This document shows, piece by piece, positions 9,515 to 20,227 of a DNA stretch of 64,000 nucleotides. The stretch comes from Dehalococcoidia bacterium. GTDB lineage: Bacteria; Chloroflexota; Dehalococcoidia; UBA2979. A program made the translations under genes and the position numbers. The stretch is from positions 480,001 through 544,000 of the forward strand of contig CAXXDN010000001.1 of NCBI GenBank assembly GCA_963667465.2, read 5' to 3'. The notes beneath the pieces are model-generated. The model was not told where the DNA came from. It saw only the letters and a program-made list of their open reading frames with translations, and did not search any database. Numbering within the stretch: position 1 is the first letter of the stretch; each line of letters opens with the position of its first letter.

Positions 9515-10611
9515 CAGCGCCCGAATCCACGTCCGACCCGGCCGGCTCGGGGCCTCGGGAGACGCGCTTCATCCTCGAGCGCTATGCCGACCTGCTGCCC
9601 GTTGGGCCGGACACGCCGCGTGTCACGCTCGGCGAGGGTGGCACACCGCTGCTCCGCTCGCGTGTGCTCGAGGGCGAACTCGGCCTCGAGGCGCTCTACT
9701 TCAAGCTCGAGGCCTCCAACCCAACCGGCTCGTTCAAGGACCGCGGGATGGTGCTCGCGGCGGCGAAGGCCGTCGAGGCGGGCGCCGAAGCGATGATCTG
9801 CGCCTCCACCGGCAACACCTCCGCCTCGATGGCGGCCTACGCCGCCCGCTACGGCCTGCGCGCCCACGTCGTGGTGCCCTCCGGGCGCGTCGCCGCCGGC
9901 AAGCTCGCGCAGGCGATCGCCTACGGGGCGGACATCGTGGCCCTCGATGGCTCGTTCGACGACGCGTTGCGCGTGGTGCGCGAACTGGCCGCGCAGTACC
10001 CGGTCGCGCTGATGAACTCGGTCAACCCGTACCGCATCCAGGGCCAGAAGACCGCGGCGTTCGAGATCGCCGACGATCTCGGCGACGCCCCGGACCTGCT
10101 CTGCATCCCGGTCGGCAACGCGGGCAACATCACGGCCTACTGGGCGGGCTTCGTCGAGTACCGCCGGCAGGAGCGCAGCGTCCGGCTGCCCCGGATGTGG
10201 GGCTTCCAGGCCGAGGGCGCCGCGCCGCTCGTGCGCGGCGAGCCGGTGCCCGAGCCAGAGACCGTCGCCACCGCAATCCGCATCGGCAATCCCGCATCGT
10301 GGAAGAGCGCAATCGCCGCGCGCGACGACTCCGGCGGCGTGATCGGCGCCGTCTCCGACGACGCGATCCTCGAGGCCTATCGCCGTCTCGCGCGCGACGA
10401 GGGCGTGTTCTGCGAGCCTGCCTCGGCCGCCAGCGTGGCGGGCCTCCTCGCGCGGGCGCGCGCGGGCGAGGATCTGGCGGGGTTGACCGGCGTCTGCGTC
10501 ATCACTGGCTCCGGCCTCAAGGATCCGGACACGGCGATGGCTGTCGAGACGGTGCGCTACTCCTCCCCCGCCGAGGCGGACGCCGTGGCGAGGGCGCTCG
10601 GCTGGTCCTGA
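9511..10611 (+). CDS. thrC: Threonine synthase (probable CTG start)
   Basis: TLGEGGTPL, NPTGSFKDRG, ASTGNTSAS, PVGNAGN, CEPASAAS. Homology extends upstream of the ORF-track start. CTG at 9511 follows GGAGGAG. Confidence 0.93.
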   Translation: MTAPESTSDPAGSGPRETRFILERYADLLPVGPDTPRVTLGEGGTPLLRSRVLEGELGLEALYFKLEASNPTGSFKDRGMVLAAAKAVEAGAEAMICASTGNTSASMAAYAARYGLRAHVVVPSGRVAAGKLAQAIAYGADIVALDGSFDDALRVVRELAAQYPVALMNSVNPYRIQGQKTAAFEIADDLGDAPDLLCIPVGNAGNITAYWAGFVEYRRQERSVRLPRMWGFQAEGAAPLVRGEPVPEPETVATAIRIGNPASWKSAIAARDDSGGVIGAVSDDAILEAYRRLARDEGVFCEPASAASVAGLLARARAGEDLAGLTGVCVITGSGLKDPDTAMAVETVRYSSPAEADAVARALGWS

Positions 10612-10672
10612 GCCCCACGCCGGACCGCGTGCTACGATCGAGCGCGCTGACCACGCCTCGGAAGGATCGCTC

Positions 10673-11272
10673 GTGAGCACGGCGCAATACGACGTGGACG
10701 TGAGGCCCGGCTTCGACGACGAGCGCGCCGAGGCCGCGATCCGCGCGCTGATCGAGGCGCTCGGCGAGAACCTGCATCGCGAGGGCCTGGCCGACTCTCC
10801 GCGGCGCATCGCCGCGATGTACCGCGAGCTGTTCGACGGCCTCAACCACGACCCTGTCGAGGTCCTCTCCGTCGGCTTCGAGGAGGGTCACGACGAGCTC
10901 GTGATCCTGCGCGAGATCCCCTTCTACTCGATGTGCGAGCACCACTTCATGCCGTTCCACGGCCAGGCCCACATCGGCTACATGCCGGACGGGCGCATCG
11001 TCGGCCTCTCCAAGATCGCCCGCGCCGTCGAGATCTTCGCGCGCCGTCCGCAGGTGCAGGAGCGCCTGACGACGCAGATCGCCGATTGCATCGAGCAGGT
11101 GCTGCACGCGCAGGGCGCCGGCGTGGTAATCGAGGCCGAACACCTCTGCATGACGGCCCGAGGCGTGCGCAAGCCCGGCGCGACGATGGTCACCTCGGCG
11201 ATGCGCGGCTGCTTCCGCACGGATGCCAACACGCGCCACGAGTTCCTCGGCCTGATCCGGCCGTCGGCCTGA
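10673..11272 (+). CDS. folE: GTP cyclohydrolase I
   Basis: SMCEHH, GLSKIAR, RPQVQERLT, HLCMTARG. Confidence 0.96.
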   Translation: MSTAQYDVDVRPGFDDERAEAAIRALIEALGENLHREGLADSPRRIAAMYRELFDGLNHDPVEVLSVGFEEGHDELVILREIPFYSMCEHHFMPFHGQAHIGYMPDGRIVGLSKIARAVEIFARRPQVQERLTTQIADCIEQVLHAQGAGVVIEAEHLCMTARGVRKPGATMVTSAMRGCFRTDANTRHEFLGLIRPSA

Positions 11273-11348
11273 GATCGATGGAGTTCCGCGAAGTGGAGCG
11301 CTGGTCTCTGGCGCGCTACGGCGCGGCTTCGTAGGCTTCCCCGGAAGG

Positions 11349-12617
11349 ATGCCTGCCTCGATGCTCCCTCCACAGCGGCTCGCCGTGCTCTCGTTCCACA
11401 CCTCGCCGCTCGCGCCGCTCGGCGGCCGCGAGAGCGGTGGGATGAACGTCTACGTCCGCGAGGTCTCCCCGCAGCTCGCGCGCGGTGGCCCTGCCGTCGA
11501 CGTCTTCACCCGCCGCACCGACCCGCTCCAGCCCGACGTGCTCACGATGGCTCCGGGGGTGCGCCTGGTGCACATCGACGCCGGACCGCCCTCGCGGCTG
11601 GAGAAAGAGGATCTGCAACCGCTCGCTGCCGCGTTCGCGCGCGGCGTCGCCGACTTCGCGCGGGCCGAGGACGGCAGGTACGACCTCGTGCACTCGCACT
11701 ACTGGCTGGCCGTCGAGGCCGGCGCGCTCCTCGCGCGCGAGTGGGGCCTGCCCCACGTCGCGATGTTCCACACACTCGCGGAGGTCAAGCTGCTCGCACG
11801 CTCGTCCGAGCGCGAACCGGAGGCGCGACGCGAGGCCGAGCGTCGCCTGGTGCACGAGGTCGATCGCATCGTCGCGGCGACCGAACACGAGCGCCGACTG
11901 CTTGATCAGGTCTACGGCGTGCCGCGCGATCGGGTCGAGGTGATCCCGCTGGGCGTGGACCGCGATCGCTTCCGCCCCCGGGCGCAAGTCGACGCCCGCC
12001 GCTCGCTCGGCATCGACCCACAGGCGCGGGTGCTGCTCGCCGCGGGGCGCATCGAGCCGCTTAAGGGCCTCGACATCCTGATCGAGTCGCTGGCGCAGCT
12101 GCCCGGGCATGATCGGCTGCAGCTGCTGATCGTGGGCGGCGATGAGCGCGCCGAGCCGGAGATCGCACGTCTCCGGGCCGTCGCCCGCAATGCGGGCGTC
12201 GACGCCCTCGTACGCTTCGTCGGCCCCGTGCCGCACGATCAGATCGACGCCTACTACAACGCCGCCGACGTGGTCGTCGTGCCCTCGTTCTACGAGTCGT
12301 TCGGGCTGGTCGCCGCCGAGGCGATGGCGTCCGGCGTGCCCGTGGTCGCCTCGCGCGTGGGCGGGCTCACCTCGACGGTGGCGGACGGCCGCAGTGGCTA
12401 TCTGATCCCCTGGCGCTGCCCCGGTCCCTTCGCCGAGAAGATCGACCTGCTGCTTGAGAACCAGCCGCTGCGCGAGGCGCTCGGCGCTGCCGCGGCGCGC
12501 TCGATGGAGCGTTACGAGTGGTCCGCCGTCGCGGGCGGACTGCTCGACCTCTACGTGTCCCTGCTGCGCGAGCGTGCTGCCGGGCCGGCTGCCGAGCCGG
12601 CGCTCGCTCACGCCTGA
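11349..12617 (+). CDS. GT4 glycosyltransferase, MshA-like
   Basis: HTSPLAPLGGRESGGMNVY, HSHYWL, GRIEPLKG, ESFGLVAAEAMA. Confidence 0.85.
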   Translation: MPASMLPPQRLAVLSFHTSPLAPLGGRESGGMNVYVREVSPQLARGGPAVDVFTRRTDPLQPDVLTMAPGVRLVHIDAGPPSRLEKEDLQPLAAAFARGVADFARAEDGRYDLVHSHYWLAVEAGALLAREWGLPHVAMFHTLAEVKLLARSSEREPEARREAERRLVHEVDRIVAATEHERRLLDQVYGVPRDRVEVIPLGVDRDRFRPRAQVDARRSLGIDPQARVLLAAGRIEPLKGLDILIESLAQLPGHDRLQLLIVGGDERAEPEIARLRAVARNAGVDALVRFVGPVPHDQIDAYYNAADVVVVPSFYESFGLVAAEAMASGVPVVASRVGGLTSTVADGRSGYLIPWRCPGPFAEKIDLLLENQPLREALGAAAARSMERYEWSAVAGGLLDLYVSLLRERAAGPAAEPALAHA

Positions 12618-12625
12618 GCGGCGAC

Positions 12626-13387
12626 GTGACCGAGGACGCCCCGGCCACGGACCTGGAGACGCTCATCGCGGACCTCGAACCGCGGCGCGCCCTCGTCATG
12701 GTCGCCCATCCGGACGACGCCGACTTCGGCTGCGCCGGCACGATGGCGCTGCTCTGCAAGGCCGGCTGGGCAGTCGACCTGTTGGTGGCGACGAACGGGA
12801 ACAAGGGCACCAAGGACCCGCGCAACACGGCCCAGCAACTGGCCGCCGTCCGCGAGGAGGAGCAGCGTCAGGCTGCCGCCATCCTCGGCGTGAACGAGCC
12901 GATCTTTCTCGGATTCCCGGACGGCGGCGTCGAGAACGACGGCGAGCTGCGCGGCCTGCTGGTGCGGGAGCTGCGGAGGCTGCGGCCCTCGCTCGCGATC
13001 ACCTGGGACGGCTTCCGGCCCGGCTTCAACCACCGCGACCACCGCGAGATCGGACGCGCGGCCTACGACGCGATCTATCCGGCGTCCGACGACCACCTCT
13101 TCTACCCCGAGCACCGCGAGGAAGGCCTCGAGCCGCATCGCCCGGACATGCTGCTGCTGGCGGGGGCGCCCGACCCGGACGTGGTGATCGATATCGAGCC
13201 GGTGCTCGATCTGAAGGTCGCGGCCGTCACCGCGCACGTTTCGCAGGTCGGTGGACGCTCGCCGGAGGAGCTGCTGCGCTGGTGGCGGGAGCGCGCCGGG
13301 CCGGCCTCCGGCCCTCGCTACCGCGAGTCGTTCCGGAGCGTTACCTGGGAGCGGGCGCGGCGCAGCCGCGACGCGCGCCGGAACTGA
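12626..13387 (+). CDS. PIG-L/LmbE family deacetylase
   Basis: AHPDD motif, NHRDH, AHVSQ. Start could alternatively be CTG 12614. Confidence 0.85.
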   Translation: MTEDAPATDLETLIADLEPRRALVMVAHPDDADFGCAGTMALLCKAGWAVDLLVATNGNKGTKDPRNTAQQLAAVREEEQRQAAAILGVNEPIFLGFPDGGVENDGELRGLLVRELRRLRPSLAITWDGFRPGFNHRDHREIGRAAYDAIYPASDDHLFYPEHREEGLEPHRPDMLLLAGAPDPDVVIDIEPVLDLKVAAVTAHVSQVGGRSPEELLRWWRERAGPASGPRYRESFRSVTWERARRSRDARRN

Positions 13388-13409
13388 TCCGGGGCGCAGT
13401 CCCGAGGCG

Positions 13410-13438
13410 TTGACACTGGACCGGCCCGGACGTAGCCT
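13410..13438 (+). promoter_or_regulatory. sigma70 promoter of str operon
   Basis: TTGACA (13410-13415), 17 bp, TAGCCT (13433-13438). Confidence 0.7.
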
Positions 13439-13668
13439 TTTTTCGTTGCGCTTCGCACCGCTGGCGCATGGTTCAACGGTCGGTTGGCCGGGGCGGGTGA
13501 GTACCGGCGACAGGAATCGCACAACGGGTGCGATGTCGCGATCTGGCTCACACTGCAGCCATCTGGCCGTTCATTCTGCCCTCCGTCGTATGGCGGATCG
13601 CAGGCCCGGAACAGCCGGGAGCCCAGAAGAGACTGGCGCGGGGAGCGCGCCGGGAGGACAGGAACGAC

Positions 13669-14082
13669 ATGCCGACCATCAACCAGTTGGTCCGCAAGGG
13701 TCGCAAGCCCGTCACGAAGAAGACGAAGGCGCCGGCGCTGCGCTTCCGCTATAACTCGCTCACCAACCGCACCACGCGCGGCAAGAAGGGTTCGCCGCAG
13801 AAGCGTGGCGTCTGCACCCAGGTGCGCACCGTCACGCCCAAGAAGCCGAACTCCGCGCTGCGCAAGGTCTGCCGCGTCCGTCTCACCAACGGCATCGAGG
13901 TCACCGCCTACATTCCGGGCGAGGGCCACACGCTGCAGGAGCACTCCGTGGTGCTGATCCGCGGCGGGCGCGTCAAGGACCTGCCCGGCGTGCGCTACCA
14001 CGTCGTGCGGGGCGCCCTCGATGCGACCGGCGTCGAGGGTCGCCGCCGCAGCCGCAGCAAATACGGGACGCGCAGGGACTAA
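13669..14082 (+). CDS. rpsL: 30S ribosomal protein S12
   Basis: [33 protein letters not shown]. Confidence 0.98.
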   Translation: MPTINQLVRKGRKPVTKKTKAPALRFRYNSLTNRTTRGKKGSPQKRGVCTQVRTVTPKKPNSALRKVCRVRLTNGIEVTAYIPGEGHTLQEHSVVLIRGGRVKDLPGVRYHVVRGALDATGVEGRRRSRSKYGTRRD

Positions 14083-14088
14083 TCGACG

Positions 14089-14556
14089 ATGCGCCGCAGC
14101 CGAGCTCCACAACGACCCGTTGCCCCCGATCCGCGCTTCCAGTCGCGGCTCGTCACCGCGTTCACCAACAAGGTGCTGCGCAACGGCAAGAAGAGCACGG
14201 CCGAGCGCATCGTCTACGGAGCCTTCGACCGCATCGAGGAGCAGACCGGCCGGCCGGGAATCGACGTCTTCGAGCAGGCAGTCCGCAACATCACCCCGAT
14301 CATCGAGGTGAAGCCGCGCCGCGTAGGTGGCGCGACCTACCAGGTCCCGGTCGACATCCGCTCCGAGCGCCGTCAGGCGCTCGCGCTACGCTGGCTGCTG
14401 ACCGCGGCCCGCTCGCGTGGCGCACGCTCCATGGAGGAGCGCCTTGCCGCCGAGATGCTGGATGCCGCGAACAACACAGGCGCCGCCGTGCGCCGCAAGG
14501 AAGAGACGCATCGGATGGCCGAGGCCAACCGCGCGTTTGTGCACTACCGATGGTAG
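14089..14556 (+). CDS. rpsG: 30S ribosomal protein S7
   Basis: [21 protein letters not shown]. Confidence 0.98.
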   Translation: MRRSRAPQRPVAPDPRFQSRLVTAFTNKVLRNGKKSTAERIVYGAFDRIEEQTGRPGIDVFEQAVRNITPIIEVKPRRVGGATYQVPVDIRSERRQALALRWLLTAARSRGARSMEERLAAEMLDAANNTGAAVRRKEETHRMAEANRAFVHYRW

Positions 14557-14659
14557 GCGGCCGGATCACACGGCCAACACCCGCCCCCGGAACACCGGGG
14601 GCGGAACCATTCGTGGGGAGGACGCCGCGCCTCCTCCCGAGCTGGGGGACCAACTGAAC

Positions 14660-16756
14660 ATGTCACGCGAAACCCCGCTCGAGCGCGTTCGCAACATCGG
14701 CGTGATCGCGCACATCGACGCCGGCAAGACCACCGTCACGGAGCGCATCCTCTACTACACCGGGCGCACGCATCGCCTCGGTGAGACGCACGACGGCACC
14801 GCCGTGATGGACTTCATGGCGCAGGAGCGCGAGCGCGGCATCACCATCACCTCGGCGGCGACGACCGCCGAGTGGCGCGACCACCAGGTCAACATCATCG
14901 ACACACCCGGCCACGTCGACTTCACGGTCGAGGTCGAGCGCTCGCTGCGCGTGCTCGATGGCGGCGTCGTGGTCTTCGACGGCGTCGCCGGCGTGGAGCC
15001 GCAGTCGGAGACGGTCTGGCGTCAGGCCAACCGCTACGACGTGCCCCGCATCTGCTTCGTCAACAAGATGGACCGCACCGGCGCCGACTTCGATCGCACC
15101 GTCGAGATGATCGTCGACCGCCTCGGGGCGGTGCCCGTGCCGCTGCAGTTGCCGATGGGCGCGGAGGACGACTTCTCCGGCGTGGTCGACCTCGTCGAGA
15201 TGCGAGCGATCACCTTCGGTGGCGAGCGCGGCGAGGAGGTCTCGGTCGGCGAGGTCCCGGGCGCCTTCCAGGACGCGGCCCGCGAGGCCCGCGAGCTGAT
15301 GATCGAGCGCGTTGCCGAGAACGACGACCAGACGCTGGTCTCCTTCCTCGAAGGACACGAGATCGACGTGCCGGAGCTGCAGAAGGCGATCCGCCGCGCG
15401 ACGATCAGCAACGCGATCACGCCGGTGCTGGCCGGGGCCGCGCTGCGCAACCGTGGCGTGCAGCCGCTGCTGGACGCTGTCATCACGTACCTGCCTTCGC
15501 CGATCGACGTGCCGCCGGTGACCGCGCACGCGGTCGGCGACCCCGACACCACCGCCGAGCGGGCCGCCGACGACGGCGAGCCGCTGACGGCGCTCGCCTT
15601 CAAGGTCGTCGCCGACCCCTTCGTCGGCCGCCTCGTCTTCTTCCGCGTCTACTCGGGCGTGGTGCGCAGCGGCGAGCAGGTGAGCAACAGCACGCGCGGG
15701 CGTCGCGAGCGCTTCGGGCGGCTGCTGCGCATGCACGCCGACTCGCGCGAAGACATCCAGGAGGTCTATGCGGGCGAGATCGCCGCGGGTATCGGCCTCA
15801 AGGACACGTTCACCGGCGACACGCTCTGCGATCTGAAGCGGCCCGTCGCCCTTGAGGCGATCCGCTTCCCGACGCCCGTCATCTCGATTGCAATCGAGCC
15901 GCGCACGCGCAACGACCAGGATCGCCTCGGCGACGCCCTGCAGCGGCTTTCCGAGGAAGACCCGACCTTCCGCGTGCGCTACGACGATGAGACCGGCCAG
16001 ACGGTCATCTCCGGCATGGGTGAGCTGCACCTCGAGGTGCTCGTGGACCGCATGCGGCGCGAGTACCGTGTCGAGGCCAACGTCGGCCGTCCGCAGGTGG
16101 CCTACCGTGAGACGCTGACGCGCGCCCTGCGCGCCGAGGGGCGCTTCGTGCGCCAGACCGGCGGCCGCGGCCAGTACGGCCACTGCATCCTCGAGGTCGC
16201 CCCGCGCGATCCGGGCGCAGGCTTCAGCTTCGAGGACCGCACCGTCGGCGGCTCGATTCCGCGCGAGTACGTCCCGGCCGTCCGCCGCGGGGTCGAGCAG
16301 GCGCTCGCCAGCGGCGCGCGTGCCGGCTACCCGGTGGTCGATGTCGCGGTCGCCGTCGTCGACGGCTCGTACCACGACGTGGACTCCTCGGAGATCGCGT
16401 TCCAGACGGCCGGTTCGCTGGGCATGCGCCAGGCGCTCGATCGCGGTGGCTCGGTGCTGCTGGAGCCGGTGATGAAGATGGAAATCGTGACGCCGGAGGA
16501 CCACTTCGGCGACGTGCTCGGCGACATCGGTGGCCGGCGCGGGCAGGTGCTGGGCGCGGAGCCGCGAGGCAACGCGCACGTCATCCAGGCGCAGGCGCCG
16601 CTGGCCGAGACGTTCGGCTACGCCACGGACTTGCGCTCGCTGACGCAGGGTCGCGCGACGTACTCGATGGAGTTCGACCACTACGCGCCCGTGCCGGACG
16701 GGATCGTCGAGGAGATCACGGAGACGCGCGTCGCCCGCCGCGCAGCGGCGGGCTAG
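14660..16756 (+). CDS. fusA: Elongation factor G
   Basis: [31 protein letters not shown]. Confidence 0.98.
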   Translation: MSRETPLERVRNIGVIAHIDAGKTTVTERILYYTGRTHRLGETHDGTAVMDFMAQERERGITITSAATTAEWRDHQVNIIDTPGHVDFTVEVERSLRVLDGGVVVFDGVAGVEPQSETVWRQANRYDVPRICFVNKMDRTGADFDRTVEMIVDRLGAVPVPLQLPMGAEDDFSGVVDLVEMRAITFGGERGEEVSVGEVPGAFQDAAREARELMIERVAENDDQTLVSFLEGHEIDVPELQKAIRRATISNAITPVLAGAALRNRGVQPLLDAVITYLPSPIDVPPVTAHAVGDPDTTAERAADDGEPLTALAFKVVADPFVGRLVFFRVYSGVVRSGEQVSNSTRGRRERFGRLLRMHADSREDIQEVYAGEIAAGIGLKDTFTGDTLCDLKRPVALEAIRFPTPVISIAIEPRTRNDQDRLGDALQRLSEEDPTFRVRYDDETGQTVISGMGELHLEVLVDRMRREYRVEANVGRPQVAYRETLTRALRAEGRFVRQTGGRGQYGHCILEVAPRDPGAGFSFEDRTVGGSIPREYVPAVRRGVEQALASGARAGYPVVDVAVAVVDGSYHDVDSSEIAFQTAGSLGMRQALDRGGSVLLEPVMKMEIVTPEDHFGDVLGDIGGRRGQVLGAEPRGNAHVIQAQAPLAETFGYATDLRSLTQGRATYSMEFDHYAPVPDGIVEEITETRVARRAAAG

Positions 16757-16838
16757 GAACGCCCGCGAACGAGAGCGATCAGTCGCCGCCGGCCGGCAGG
16801 AAAGCCTGGGGGCGGCGGAGGGGAACGGGAGTCGAGGG

Positions 16839-18038
16839 ATGGCGCGAGGCAAGTTTGAGCGGACGAAGCCGCACGCGAACGTGGGCACGATTGGCCACGT
16901 CGACCACGGCAAGACGACGCTGACGGCGGCGATCACCAAGGTGCTCGCGCTCAAGGGCGAAGCTGAGTATCGCGAGTTCGACTCGATCGACAACGCGCCC
17001 GAGGAGAAGGCGCGCGGCATCACGATCGCGATCGCCCACGTCGAATACGAGACGGACGCGCGCCACTACGCGCACGTCGACTGTCCCGGGCACGCCGACT
17101 ACATCAAGAACATGATCACCGGCGCCGCCCAGATGGACGGCGCGATCCTCGTCGTCGCCGCCCCGGACGGCCCGATGCCGCAGACCCGCGAGCACCTGCT
17201 GCTGGCGCGCCAGGTCGAGGTTCCCGCCGTCGTCGTCTTCCTCAACAAGGTCGACATGATGGACGACGAGGAGCTGCTGGAGCTGGTCGAGCTGGAGATG
17301 CGCGAGCTGCTGGACGGCTACGAGTTCCCCGGCGACGAGGTGCCGATCATCCGTGGTTCGGCGCTGGCGGCGCTCGAGTCCGCCTCGACCGACCCGGACG
17401 CCGAGGAGTACAAGGCGATCTGGGAGCTGATGGAAGCGGTGGACAGTTACATCCCGCAGCCGGAGCGGCCCAAGGACCAGCCGTTCCTGATGCCGATCGA
17501 GGACGTCTTCGGGATCAAGGGTCGCGGCACGGTGGTGACGGGGCGCATCGAGCGCGGCGTCGTCAACGTGGGCGACCCGATCGAGATCGTGGGCATCAAG
17601 GAGACCGAGACCACGGTGGTGACCGGGGTCGAAATGTTCAAGAAGATTCTCGACACCGGCGAGGCGGGCGACAACGTCGGTTGTCTCTTGCGCGGCATCG
17701 AGCGCAGCGACATCGAGCGTGGTCAGGTGCTGGCCAAGCCGGGCAGCATCACGCCGCACCGCCGCTTCTCAGGCGAGGTCTACGTGCTCTCGAAGGAGGA
17801 GGGCGGCCGGCACACGCCGTTCTTCACCGGCTACCGGCCGCAGTTCTACGTGCGGACCACGGACGTGACGGGGGTGGTGACGCTGCCCGCGGGCACGGAG
17901 ATGGTGATGCCGGGCGACAACGTGACGGTCGACATCGAGCTGATCACGCCGATTGCGATCGAGGACGGCCTGCGCTTCGCCATTCGCGAGGGCGGCCGCA
18001 CCGTCGGCGCCGGCGTCGTCACCGGAATCAACGAGTAG
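16839..18038 (+). CDS. tuf: Elongation factor Tu
   Basis: [27 protein letters not shown]. Confidence 0.99.
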   Translation: MARGKFERTKPHANVGTIGHVDHGKTTLTAAITKVLALKGEAEYREFDSIDNAPEEKARGITIAIAHVEYETDARHYAHVDCPGHADYIKNMITGAAQMDGAILVVAAPDGPMPQTREHLLLARQVEVPAVVVFLNKVDMMDDEELLELVELEMRELLDGYEFPGDEVPIIRGSALAALESASTDPDAEEYKAIWELMEAVDSYIPQPERPKDQPFLMPIEDVFGIKGRGTVVTGRIERGVVNVGDPIEIVGIKETETTVVTGVEMFKKILDTGEAGDNVGCLLRGIERSDIERGQVLAKPGSITPHRRFSGEVYVLSKEEGGRHTPFFTGYRPQFYVRTTDVTGVVTLPAGTEMVMPGDNVTVDIELITPIAIEDGLRFAIREGGRTVGAGVVTGINE

Positions 18039-18074
18039 CAACCAGGAACGAGTCGCGAGGGCGCGGGGGACGCA

Positions 18075-18389
18075 GTGGTAAGTTCGCGACAACGGATCCG
18101 GATTCGGCTCAAGTCCTACGACCATCGCGTCCTGGACCGCTCCGCGAAGCAGATCGTGGAGACCGCCGAGCGCACCGGCGCCGCCGTCGCCGGCCCCGTG
18201 CCGCTGCCCACGCGCATTCGCAAGTACACGGTGATTCGCTCGCCGTTCATCGACAAGGACTCGCGGGATCAGTTCGAGATCCGTACGCACAAGCGGCTGA
18301 TCGACATCTTCGAACCGACCTCGCGCACGGTGGACACGCTGATGCGGCTGCAACTGCCGTCCGGCGTGGACATTGAAATCAAGCTGTAG
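18075..18389 (+). CDS. rpsJ: 30S ribosomal protein S10
   Basis: [27 protein letters not shown]. Confidence 0.98.
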   Translation: MVSSRQRIRIRLKSYDHRVLDRSAKQIVETAERTGAAVAGPVPLPTRIRKYTVIRSPFIDKDSRDQFEIRTHKRLIDIFEPTSRTVDTLMRLQLPSGVDIEIKL

Positions 18390-18408
18390 CGGACGCGAGG
18401 ACGAACCA

Positions 18409-19248
18409 GTGATCCGCGGAATGCTCGGCCGCAAGCTCGGAATGCTGCGCCTCTACGATGGCGGCGGGCAGGTGCGCGCCGTAACCGTGATCGAGCTCGG
18501 CCCGAACCGCGTCACCCAGCTGCGCACGCTGGAGCGCGACGGCTACACGGCCGTCCAGGTTGGCTACGAAGGCAACCGCAAGCGGCTCAACCGGCCGTGG
18601 CGCGGCCACCTGCGCGAGGCCGGCCTTGAGGGCGAGACGCTGTCGCTGCTGCGCGAGTTTCCCGCCGACGACTCGTCTGCCCACCAGGCGGGCGATGTCG
18701 TCACCTGCGACCAGTTCGAGCCGGGCCAGTACGTGGACGTCTCCGGCGTCTCGAAGGGCCGTGGCTTCGCCGGCGGCGTCAAGCGCTGGGGCTTCCATGG
18801 CGGTCCGAAGACGCACGGCCAGTCCGACCGCCATCGCGCGCCCGGCTCGATCGGCGCGGGCACCACGCCCGGCAAGGTCTGGAAGGGCCAGAAGATGGCC
18901 GGGCATATGGGCGCGCGCAACACCTCCGTCCTCAACCTGCTCGTCGTCCAATCCGACCCGATCCGCAACCTGCTCTTCGTCGAGGGCTCCGTGCCCGGTC
19001 CCAACAAGGGCCTCGTCAGCGTCACTCCCGGCCGCAAGCCGGCGCGCAGCGACTTCGAGCCGCCCGAGCTGCCCGAACCGCCCGCGCTGGAGGTCGCCGA
19101 GCCCGAGGAGCCGGAGGAGACCGTGGCGGAGCTCGACGAGGAAGCAGCCGCTGAGGCAGCTGCGGACGAGAACGTCGCGGACGAGAAGGTCGCGGACGAG
19201 GCCGGGGACGACGCGGCGACCGAGGCGAGCGAAGAGGAGCAGGAGTGA
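18409..19248 (+). CDS. rplC: 50S ribosomal protein L3 with acidic C-tail
   Basis: [29 protein letters not shown]. Confidence 0.97.
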   Translation: MIRGMLGRKLGMLRLYDGGGQVRAVTVIELGPNRVTQLRTLERDGYTAVQVGYEGNRKRLNRPWRGHLREAGLEGETLSLLREFPADDSSAHQAGDVVTCDQFEPGQYVDVSGVSKGRGFAGGVKRWGFHGGPKTHGQSDRHRAPGSIGAGTTPGKVWKGQKMAGHMGARNTSVLNLLVVQSDPIRNLLFVEGSVPGPNKGLVSVTPGRKPARSDFEPPELPEPPALEVAEPEEPEETVAELDEEAAAEAAADENVADEKVADEAGDDAATEASEEEQE

Positions 19249-19925
19249 TGGAACTCCCGGTCCGTAACGCCGCCGGTGACGCCCTCGACCCGATCGAGGT
19301 GGACGCCGCCGTGTTCGGGATCGAGCCCAACGAGGCAGTCGTGCACCAGACGCTGGTCGCCCAGCTCGCCGCCCGGCGGGGCGGGCACCACAGCACGAAA
19401 TCACGCGGCGAGGTCCGCGGGTCCACCGCGAAGATTCGCCGCCAGAAGGGCCTGGGCATGGCGCGCATGGGCTCCAACCGCTCGCCGATCCGGCGCGGCG
19501 GCGGCGTCGCCTTCGGGCCGAAGCCACGCTCCTACACCCAGCGCCTCCCGAAGCGGATGCGCCGCCTGGCGCTGCGCTCCGTGCTCTCCGCGCGCGTGCG
19601 CGACGAGCGCCTGCACGTGGTCGACGACATCACATTCGAGGCGCCCTCGACGCGGGCGGCGCGCGAGCTGCTGCAGGCGCTCGGCATCGAGCGCTCGGTG
19701 CTGATCGTGACCGGTGATGCGGATCGCACCGCGTTCCTCTCGGCGCGCAACCTGGCGGGTGCGGACCTGGTTCCCGCCGACGTGCTGAACGTCGCCGACC
19801 TGCTGGCGCACCACTCGGTGCTGCTCACGGTGGACGCCGTGCGCCGTGCCGAGGCGCTGTGGGGTGGCGAGCGCGCCTCGGGCCGCCCGGCGACACCGCC
19901 CGAGCCCGTGACGGTGGAGGCCTGA
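19248..19925 (+). CDS. rplD: 50S ribosomal protein L4
   Basis: TKSRGEVRG, RQKGLGMAR, GGGVAFGPKP. Confidence 0.97.
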   Translation: MELPVRNAAGDALDPIEVDAAVFGIEPNEAVVHQTLVAQLAARRGGHHSTKSRGEVRGSTAKIRRQKGLGMARMGSNRSPIRRGGGVAFGPKPRSYTQRLPKRMRRLALRSVLSARVRDERLHVVDDITFEAPSTRAARELLQALGIERSVLIVTGDADRTAFLSARNLAGADLVPADVLNVADLLAHHSVLLTVDAVRRAEALWGGERASGRPATPPEPVTVEA

Positions 19926-19927
19926 CG

Positions 19928-20224
19928 ATGCCGAAGGCGATCCATCCCTACCAGGTGCTGAAGCGCCCGATCATCACCGAGAAGTCGACAATGCTCGGCG
20001 CGCAGGGCCAGTACGTGTTCGAGGTGGATACGCGCGCCAACAAGCCGCAGATCGGCGAGGCCGTCGAGCGCGCCTTCGACGTCAACGTGCAGAAGGTGCG
20101 GACGATGATGGTGCGCGGACGCACGCGCCGCGTGGGCACGCGGGTCGTGCACCGCCCGGCCTGGAAAAAGGCGATCGTGACCCTCGCTGCCGGCGAGCAG
20201 ATCGAGTACTTCGAGGGGGTCTAG
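19928..20224 (+). CDS. rplW: 50S ribosomal protein L23
   Basis: PIITEKS, ANKPQI, WKKAIVTL. Confidence 0.96.
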   Translation: MPKAIHPYQVLKRPIITEKSTMLGAQGQYVFEVDTRANKPQIGEAVERAFDVNVQKVRTMMVRGRTRRVGTRVVHRPAWKKAIVTLAAGEQIEYFEGV

Positions 20225-20227
20225 GCG

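Noticed and set aside
14663-17023. Long antisense ORFs (e.g. 14663-17023, 4553-6793, 39168-41744, 43606-45969, 49618-51849)
   Set aside because: These are shadow ORFs opposite well-supported genes, expected in high-GC DNA, and lack recognisable motifs.
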